Below, piece after piece: positions 50,694-57,045 of a stretch of DNA of 64,000 nucleotides (positions are counted from its first letter, which is position 1; each line of letters starts with the position of its first letter). The position numbers and the translations under genes were made by a program. The notes beneath the pieces were generated by a model. That model saw only the letters and a program-made list of their open reading frames with translations, searched no databases and was not told where the DNA came from. The DNA is from a virus, in IMG/VR virus record IMGVR_UViG_3300042691_032880, positions 61,115-125,114 of that record, one strand, 5' to 3'.

Positions 50694-51146
50694 ATGGACA
50701 CAATGTTCTCCCTTGAGACGCACCCACGCAAAGCCGTGGCTGTGTACTCCGTGTCGCTGAACGAAATCAGCAAGAACGAAGAACTGTACGATGTCTTCGT
50801 TGAGTGCGTGGAAAACGACGCTGCGAAAAAAGCCGATTGGTTGGCTAAAAATCCCGGTCGCAATCCTCTCAAACCAAACTATTGGATTGACGAGGATACG
50901 CAAAAGGCGTTCATTCGCGTAGACATCATCCCTTCGGACGGTGTTTGGGCGAAAGAAACAATCGGTGAGGTGGAAACCTCCTCTGCAGGTAATCTGTACA
51001 TCCGATTGGAACCTCTCTACACTCCCCAAGAACTTGCTTCTGTTTCAGCAGTTCGTAGGGAACAACGAGACGCCAAACGCGCACTTGCATCACGACCTGC
51101 ATCACCTGCAAAAGCAGTCGTGAATCCCGAAGACGCAAAGTTCTAA
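50694..51146 (+). CDS. Hypothetical early protein (150 aa), C-terminal ..EDAKF
   Basis: Start reassigned to ATG 50694 using the conserved leader. Confidence 0.7.
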   Translation: MDTMFSLETHPRKAVAVYSVSLNEISKNEELYDVFVECVENDAAKKADWLAKNPGRNPLKPNYWIDEDTQKAFIRVDIIPSDGVWAKETIGEVETSSAGNLYIRLEPLYTPQELASVSAVRREQRDAKRALASRPASPAKAVVNPEDAKF

Positions 51147-51521
51147 TCGGGAACGCATACTCTGCAACTCTCTGCATATCAGGAGAGTTGCGGAGTCATC
51201 GCGTCACCTACCTCGAGGAGACTCGAGGTGAGGTGCAAAGGACGCTCACTGCGTTCGCTGCATTTCCTACTCCACAACGACGTGGACACCAGGTGATTGT
51301 CCCCACCTTTGTCCAAGGTAATTGTCCTCGGGATAGACGGTCAAAAATATATTTCCACCATGGAAAAGGAAAAGGAAAGGACCACATTACGCTCGCTGCG
51401 CTCGCTGCATTTCCTGCTCCGCATCTTACCATTCGCACCTGCACCAAAGGAAAGGTGTAAGTTATCACGGAAGTAATTCACAATCAATTTAATATTAACA
51501 ATTTAAAAAAACCAAAACAAC

Positions 51522-51905
51522 ATGAAAGCAGTATTGATCAATCAGTACACAACAGTATCAAAGACCACAGGTAATCGCGTGGAAATGAGTGTTTACGAAA
51601 TCGTTGAAGGAACTCAACAAGAGTTGGAAGACTATTGCGATTTCGAAACAGCAAGGGGTTATTACAAAGAAACCGATGAAGGTAATCCCATATTCCAAAC
51701 CATCGGTGACCTGGGTAACACCATTGAAGTACGACTTGGTAAAAAGAAAGATGCCAATGGTAACCTGGTAGAGGCTTATCGCGGTATTGCAAGCGAAGAC
51801 TGGCGTTTGAAGAAGTCTATCGTCCGCGAACAGATCTCCGCTCCTGCTCCTAGGGTGATTGCATCACGTCCTGTACCAAAAACAGCAGGTGAACCAAAGT
51901 TTTAA
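51522..51905 (+). CDS. Hypothetical early protein, C-terminal ..GEPKF
   Basis: 127 aa; A-rich Bacteroidetes-type leader; followed by a terminator. Confidence 0.75.
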   Translation: MKAVLINQYTTVSKTTGNRVEMSVYEIVEGTQQELEDYCDFETARGYYKETDEGNPIFQTIGDLGNTIEVRLGKKKDANGNLVEAYRGIASEDWRLKKSIVREQISAPAPRVIASRPVPKTAGEPKF

Positions 51906-51924
51906 TTGAATTATGTAAGTGATT

Positions 51925-51959
51925 GAGTGTGAGGAGCTAAACAACCTCACACTCTTTTT
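51925..51959 (+). terminator. Intrinsic terminator
   Basis: GAGTGTGAGG/CCTCACACTC 10-bp stem plus T-tract. Confidence 0.8.
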
Positions 51960-52026
51960 CTACATTTATTGTTCTCTTACTTTGGAACAAAAAAGCGTGC
52001 CACTAGATAACCATTCTTGGTTGTCA

Positions 52027-52085
52027 GGACTATGATGTCTAATGGTTAGACGTATAGAGTACGGGTTCGATTCCCGTCATAGTCC
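52027..52085 (+). ncRNA. tRNA-like RNA lacking an anticodon arm
   Basis: GGACTATG/CATAGTCC acceptor, GTCT-AATGGTT-AGAC D arm, ACGGG-TTCGATT-CCCGT T arm, only 9 nt between D and T arms. Confidence 0.7.
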
Positions 52086-52325
52086 CTTATTAATTGTTCA
52101 TAGTAGTCACCCGAAATCCATGGGGACAGTTTACAGCCGACCTTGAGTAAGTCGGTCACGTTTACATAAACTACCAACTCATATACTATTTGCTGGGATC
52201 CAGTCCCTGCAAACACAAGGGTCGCAACCTTGGGGGTAAAGCGAGGAGCCGTTTGGATGACAACATTGTTTAGCAATGATAACTCCATATGGATAAAACT
52301 CCTCGCTCAACCTTTGATGATGACT

Positions 52326-52574
52326 ATGAATAACTCTGAATACCTAGAGTTTGTATTGGAGTCTAACTCCAATAAGAAACTCGACGCTCTTTGTGATGCG
52401 ATTATCCGCTGCATTAAAAGTACTGGTGGCGTTAAAAGTGGTCCCATTCCTTTTAAGAACAAGAGGATAATCTATTGCTATGGACCTACTGCTCGTACCA
52501 TTGACTCCATTATGGCTCTTCGTCAACCCGCCAAAGTCAAGGTAGAAGTTAATATCCTGGAGCGTAAATCCTAA
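52326..52574 (+). CDS. rpsJ: Ribosomal protein uS10/NusE homologue lacking the ribosome-binding loop
   Basis: 82 aa (alternative ATGs 52317/52320); LD..CDAIIRCIKSTGGVKSGPIPF-KNKRII..YGPTARTIDSIMAL..PAKVKVEV aligns to the S10 core. Confidence 0.75.
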   Translation: MNNSEYLEFVLESNSNKKLDALCDAIIRCIKSTGGVKSGPIPFKNKRIIYCYGPTARTIDSIMALRQPAKVKVEVNILERKS

Positions 52575-52834
52575 TGAAAAGGTCAGTCGGTGCTGAAATG
52601 ACTGTGAAGCATCACTTTAACTTTACAACCCAACAAACAAGAAGAATAGAGTAACTCTGAAGCTGTCCAATTAGTAAGAGGTATGGTAAGTCTTCTATCA
52701 AAGGAAATATTGCATTAAAGCCTTTGGTATAATTATCAATTCAGTAGTTGATGCGACAACTAGATTGGATATAGTTCAGGAGATAGAAAAAAGCCTGAAT
52801 TTTCATTTGACTAACCCCTTAAACCCCTTATAAG

Positions 52835-53278
52835 ATGAAGGTACTACTTAACACCTGTTACGGTGGGTTTGGATTCTCTGAAGAATTCTTAACCCACCTC
52901 GAATCTGTCCATCCTGACATGTTCACCAGTCATGGATTGGATAGTAGTTATTGGAATGAACGTGACGACGAACGCATTGTGAATGAAGCAATTGCGTTTG
53001 GTTGTGATCCTGAGGACGCTGGTCGATTGTTAGCCAGTGGTCCACATGCTCGACTGAGTGTAGTCGAAGTACCAGATGGATGTGAGTATTACATCCGCGA
53101 GTATGATGGTACCGAGTATATCAGTCACACCACCTTCACTATCTGTGAGGATATGTTGAAAGCAGGTCTTACTGATGAGCAAATTCAAACTGCTCGTAAA
53201 GTTGACTATCTCAAAGTCGTCTCTTGGAGTGACTATTGGGATGGTGATGCTTCCGCTCAGTTTGCACTTGCTGACTAA
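52835..53278 (+). CDS. Conserved phage hypothetical protein
   Basis: 147 aa; KVLLNTCYGGFGFS and IREYDGTEY motifs. Confidence 0.75.
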   Translation: MKVLLNTCYGGFGFSEEFLTHLESVHPDMFTSHGLDSSYWNERDDERIVNEAIAFGCDPEDAGRLLASGPHARLSVVEVPDGCEYYIREYDGTEYISHTTFTICEDMLKAGLTDEQIQTARKVDYLKVVSWSDYWDGDASAQFALAD

Positions 53279-53285
53279 TCCCTAA

Positions 53286-53444
53286 TGCACTTGGTTGTAA
53301 TCACACAGAGCGTCTCCTCACTACCCATAGGTTATGGGTGCTGCATAAAAAGCAGGTAGTAAAGTGGGTAATGCCACAGGATGTCCTGATAGGTAAGATG
53401 TGATGAATATTGATCTTGAGTACAATCAATAACAACTAAGCGCA
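53286..53444 (+). ncRNA. Putative structured RNA 1 (TGCACT..GTTGTAAT terminal stem)
   Basis: 53286-53301 pairs with 53429-53444 (14/16); several internal hairpins; no ORF. Confidence 0.5.
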
Positions 53445-53452
53445 TTTCATTT

Positions 53453-53564
53453 GACCAAGGTGGTACTTCTCTAACGACAGGTACCAGTATGGATAACCAG
53501 GATAGCACGTCTGCCACTGTATAGCTATTCCTAATAAGAGGTTCGAGTCCTCCCTTGGTCACCA
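53453..53564 (+). ncRNA. 112-nt tRNA-like RNA with an expanded D/anticodon region and encoded CCA
   Basis: GACCAAG/CTTGGTC 7-bp acceptor, discriminator A, CCA; GAGG-TTCGAGT-CCTC T arm. Confidence 0.65.
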
Positions 53565-53571
53565 ATCCCAA

Positions 53572-53764
53572 TGCACTAACTCACCTCGCAAGGGTGAGCA
53601 GTTGTAATAACTAGAAAACTTTATAGAGTATAAGCGGGTAGACAAATCTATGCTACGCAATTAGCTACCACCTAAACTGCAGTATATTGCAAGATGCAGG
53701 TAATGGACACTGAGGTTGCTCTCGGGGATTTTGTCCTATAAAGATGTTATTACAACTGAGTGCA
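53572..53764 (+). ncRNA. Putative structured RNA 2 (same terminal stem)
   Basis: TGCACT[hairpin]CAGTTGTAATAAC pairs with GTTATTACAACTGAGTGCA; inner CTTTATAG/CTATAAAG closes a multibranch domain. Confidence 0.6.
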
Positions 53765-54057
53765 AAGGGTAATGAAACGTTCTAGGATTGTAACCTGGAT
53801 AGTCCGCCACCAGATGATAAGAAGCGAGGTCACTCTCGTAGGGGTATTTTGCCATTAGATTAAATGAGCCAGGATTGATGTTCCTGCACATCAGTGATCA
53901 GAGGCCTTTCGAGGCATAGTATCCAGTATGAACACATCGCGCTGATACACAAGGTCGTAGTTGAGATAAGGACAGGATGGTAATATCGTATGATGCTCCT
54001 GTTACTACGACCGAGTGTATTGGTATTGCATTGACCACAACTTAAAACCCTTTATAA

Positions 54058-54255
54058 ATGAACAATTTAAACAAATCAGTGCTCATTGTAATAAACCTGA
54101 TAGGAGCTATTGCTATGATTATCAGTCTTGTAGTACCGTTCATTGTTCCAGTAGCCAACACAGCAGCGTTGGTATTGGCAATATGGATGATGATCACAGG
54201 ATTCGTCCTGTGGTATATTAGTATCAAGTTCCTTGAAGAAAAGTCTAACCTTTAA
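54058..54255 (+). CDS. Small two-TM membrane protein
   Basis: 65 aa, hydrophobic. Confidence 0.6.
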   Translation: MNNLNKSVLIVINLIGAIAMIISLVVPFIVPVANTAALVLAIWMMITGFVLWYISIKFLEEKSNL

Positions 54256-54267
54256 AAACCCAAGAAA

Positions 54268-54576
54268 ATGGCAAAATTTAGGTATTACATCATCTTTCAT
54301 TCCGCAGGTACCCTTGATGGAACCTGGACTGGAACTATTGAGGAATTCTCCTCTTTGTTTATTACTGCCAATATCAATGAGATCTATTCCTATCAGATAT
54401 GGGAAGATGACTCCAAACCTGATCAGGATCCTGATCCCGATGATTTGTTCTATCAAAAACGGGATATGGACATGTTTGATCAGATGATTGAACAGCACGA
54501 ACAAGAGGAGTTGGAGAATGAAGTCGCCGAACAATGGGCGAAAGAACAATACTTGCGAGATCACTACCGCGAGTAA
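54268..54576 (+). CDS. Acidic small protein
   Basis: 102 aa; about 25 D/E versus 8 K/R. Confidence 0.65.
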   Translation: MAKFRYYIIFHSAGTLDGTWTGTIEEFSSLFITANINEIYSYQIWEDDSKPDQDPDPDDLFYQKRDMDMFDQMIEQHEQEELENEVAEQWAKEQYLRDHYRE

Positions 54577-54596
54577 CAGATTGAGGGTTCATAGTA

Positions 54597-54629
54597 AAGG
54601 GGAGGTCTGATAGCCTCCCCTTCTTTTTT
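54597..54629 (+). terminator. Intrinsic terminator
   Basis: AAGGGGAGGT/GCCTCCCCTT stem plus T-tract. Confidence 0.8.
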
Positions 54630-54781
54630 GCCCTATCTGTATCAGTAAAAAGAAAGTGGGATAAAGAAAAAGAATTATCCCTGAATTCATGTAACTGATG
54701 TATACAGAAGTTACACATTTACTTTGACATTATCAAGTGCCATCATCATAAGTATTTATAAACCAATAAATAAAAATTATC

Positions 54782-54955
54782 GTGGACAAAAACGAACAAA
54801 ATCAATTGTTAGCAGATACCATCAATATGGTAATGCTCTGTCTTGAAAAGTATCAGGATGACGCCGTCAAAAACGCCTGTCGTAATTTCCTCAATGAATT
54901 TGCTTACTCAGAAGATGAGGATGAGGAGATTACAAATGATGATTTACCTTTTTAA
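54782..54955 (+). CDS. 57-aa protein ending in an SSB-type acidic tail DDLPF (not in ORF track)
   Basis: GTG start after an A-rich leader: MDKNEQNQLLADTINMVMLCLEKYQDDAVKNACRNFLNEFAYSEDEDEEITNDDLPF. Confidence 0.65.
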   Translation: MDKNEQNQLLADTINMVMLCLEKYQDDAVKNACRNFLNEFAYSEDEDEEITNDDLPF

Positions 54956-54985
54956 TATTTATGTCTAACTATTTAAACTTCTAAA

Positions 54986-55246
54986 ATGAAGAAACATTCC
55001 ACACTCACAACAGTATTGGGTATATTGATGATTCTATTGGTAACCCTTACGGTAATAGTTTGTATTGCCGTACTTGGCGAAAATCCTAGCCAGGTAGAAC
55101 AGGAGTCCAAGGATTCCAGTAAGGTTGTATTTGTCTATGACGGACCGTACGATCTCCCTGACAGTATCAATCTGATGATTGACACTACTCGTCCTCAAGG
55201 TGACACCGTTTATTTAATCCCTAATCATGAGGCAGCTGGTTATTAA
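54986..55246 (+). CDS. Membrane-anchored small protein
   Basis: 86 aa, N-terminal TM helix. Confidence 0.6.
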   Translation: MKKHSTLTTVLGILMILLVTLTVIVCIAVLGENPSQVEQESKDSSKVVFVYDGPYDLPDSINLMIDTTRPQGDTVYLIPNHEAAGY

Positions 55247-55595
55247 TACCTTAGGGTTAATCGTATTGCCGTTGTTATTGTCTTCGTGTGAGAAGGAGCA
55301 GGATATCGCTCCTTCCACACCTTCACAGCATCCAAAGTTGACCGTAGACCTACCCACTTGTAATTGGACTAGCGGTTTAATGGTTGCTGTTGAATCCTAC
55401 GAAATTGAAGGAGGTATGCGTTACAGATACGCAATCGACAACTTCAGTGCAGTGATCGATGTGAGTAATCGTCAAATAAACCAGTTCACAGGTAGTATCA
55501 GCTTTTATACTTACTATGTGGATTTGGGAACTTCCACAATGCATCTGTGCAACAGTGGAGGTACTTATCCAGTGACTTATAAACTTAATTATTAA
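55227..55595 (+). CDS. Lipoprotein
   Basis: LLLSS-C lipobox followed by EKEQD. Confidence 0.65.
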   Translation: MRQLVINTLGLIVLPLLLSSCEKEQDIAPSTPSQHPKLTVDLPTCNWTSGLMVAVESYEIEGGMRYRYAIDNFSAVIDVSNRQINQFTGSISFYTYYVDLGTSTMHLCNSGGTYPVTYKLNY

Positions 55596-55617
55596 CTATT
55601 TAACCCATATTACAAGT

Positions 55618-55956
55618 ATGAACTCATTAACGTTAAGTTTTACAAAAAAAGAGTTGATTGAAATTATCGGTATTACAAAATGCAGGGAGTTGTTCCCTGA
55701 ACAGTTCAAAGCGGAGAAGATGCATGATATCGTACCGTTTACCGTGGAAACTGACGATGAATCGGCACTGATATCCATTGCTGATAACACTGCTTTCAAT
55801 GAAAAGCATTGTTCGAAGGTTTTCCTGTTGAATGATGAGTACGTCTGGCGCGTTGTAAAGCGTTATGATACCAATGGTGAATACAGGACATATTTGGTAC
55901 CTGTTCTCCGTTCAGAGTACAAGCAACGTAGACGCCGTAAGACAACAAAGGAATAG
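55618..55956 (+). CDS. Hypothetical protein with an Arg-rich C-terminus
   Basis: 112 aa, ends KQRRRRKTTKE. Confidence 0.6.
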   Translation: MNSLTLSFTKKELIEIIGITKCRELFPEQFKAEKMHDIVPFTVETDDESALISIADNTAFNEKHCSKVFLLNDEYVWRVVKRYDTNGEYRTYLVPVLRSEYKQRRRRKTTKE

Positions 55957-55978
55957 TGTGGTTTGTGTACGTAAAACA

Positions 55979-56009
55979 GGGATCGTATCTTCGGATGCGG
56001 TCCCTTTTT
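55979..56009 (+). terminator. Intrinsic terminator with a cUUCGg loop
   Basis: GGGATCGTATC-TTCG-GATGCGGTCCC-TTTTT. Confidence 0.85.
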
Positions 56010-56044
56010 ACAATAAGTGTCATTTAACTTAAAATCAAAAAACC

Positions 56045-56257
56045 GTGAAAGCATTCACAGCTATTGCCTGTTCGATAATAGGCACATTTACAATATTGAT
56101 TTTGTTTGGATTCGGACTATCCTTACTTTTGGGTATTCCGTTTACATCCACCACTCAAAACGCACCCTTTCTTGTGGTAGCATTTATAGCATCATGTTGT
56201 CTTTTACCAATGATTGGTCAAGAGATTTACGAAAAACTCGATAACACAAATGCATAA
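56045..56257 (+). CDS. Small two-TM membrane protein
   Basis: 70 aa, hydrophobic. Confidence 0.55.
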   Translation: MKAFTAIACSIIGTFTILILFGFGLSLLLGIPFTSTTQNAPFLVVAFIASCCLLPMIGQEIYEKLDNTNA

Positions 56258-56618
56258 ACAGAAAATCATGGAGGTATTGTTATCGGCGAATAACAACCTC
56301 ACCAAGGAAGACATTGCGTGGGCTGCACAGAATCTTAATTCTACAAATGAGAATCAGGAGGTACTAGGTTTTGATCACGATAAGAATAGTGTGTTCGAAG
56401 CCTGTGGTCTTGATGAGTCAATGGAGACAGAGGTTATGCGGGAGTACGCCAGACTTAAAAAATCGGATATTGATAAGAAAAGTCAGCTTATCGAAAAGGT
56501 TGTAAACGAAGGTTCCCCCAAATTGATCCGTAGTTTCCTCATTAGAGGTATTATGGAATATGAGGCTGGAAAAGAAAAAATATTTGATGACCTTAAAAAA
56601 TTCCTCGATAAACTATGA
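56250..56618 (+). CDS. Hypothetical protein
   Basis: Likely start MHKQKIME; coupled to neighbours. Confidence 0.6.
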   Translation: MHKQKIMEVLLSANNNLTKEDIAWAAQNLNSTNENQEVLGFDHDKNSVFEACGLDESMETEVMREYARLKKSDIDKKSQLIEKVVNEGSPKLIRSFLIRGIMEYEAGKEKIFDDLKKFLDKL

Positions 56619-56992
56619 TCAAAAAACTCTTATTAACCGCCACTGTATCCCTGTTATGTATGTCATCATATGGACAGGACACTTTAACCTATAACCGTCA
56701 GAATCTGGCACCGATGGGTAAAGTCGCATTAACTAAAATCTACATTCAGCAGATGGATCACCTGTTTGCTACTGTAGTGAGCCTCCCTTTGTCAAATGCG
56801 AAGGGAAACGTACCTGATAATAGGTATGTACAAGGTTTGTGGAAGAACATCAACAAGTCTACTTACGTGAGTTCCAAGGGATTACGTGAGAATGCTGGTG
56901 ATTTGCTACCATACGCCGACAAGGACCGCCTCATTGATTCAATCCTGTTTATGCAGGACATGCTGAACTCAATGGACAAGATGAGAAAGTAA
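56615..56992 (+). CDS. Secreted protein
   Basis: MIKKLLLTATVSLLCMSSYG-Q signal peptide. Confidence 0.6.
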   Translation: MIKKLLLTATVSLLCMSSYGQDTLTYNRQNLAPMGKVALTKIYIQQMDHLFATVVSLPLSNAKGNVPDNRYVQGLWKNINKSTYVSSKGLRENAGDLLPYADKDRLIDSILFMQDMLNSMDKMRK

Positions 56993-57001
56993 ATCGGAAA
57001 T

Positions 57002-57029
57002 AAGGGGAATACAAAATATTCCCCTTTTT
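57002..57029 (+). terminator. Intrinsic terminator
   Basis: AAGGGGAATA/TATTCCCCTT stem plus T-tract. Confidence 0.75.
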
Positions 57030-57045
57030 CCTAACTTTCCGAACC

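Larger units (their letters stand above)
50406..51406 (+). repeat. Four dispersed direct repeats ACGCTCGCTGCGCTCGCT
   Basis: Copies at 50406-50423, 50645-50662, 51242-51259 (2 mismatches) and 51389-51406. Confidence 0.9.

Noticed and set aside
50406-51406. CRISPR array from the 18-bp repeats
   Set aside because: Spacing is irregular (about 240, 600 and 150 nt), spacers contain ORFs, and no cas genes are in the window
51188-51468. 90-aa and 86-aa ORFs spanning repeat copies 3 and 4
   Set aside because: Weak starts and atypical composition; the region is better explained by hairpins and repeats
53468-53480. Amber suppressor tRNA (CT-CTA-AC loop)
   Set aside because: The loop sits in the D-arm position of a non-canonical fold and the genome shows no TAG read-through; kept only as a remark
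52027-53564. tmRNA (one- or two-piece) formed from the tRNA-like elements
   Set aside because: Neither acceptor stem has the G3-U70 alanine identity pair or GGGG..CCACCA ends, and no tag reading frame is evident
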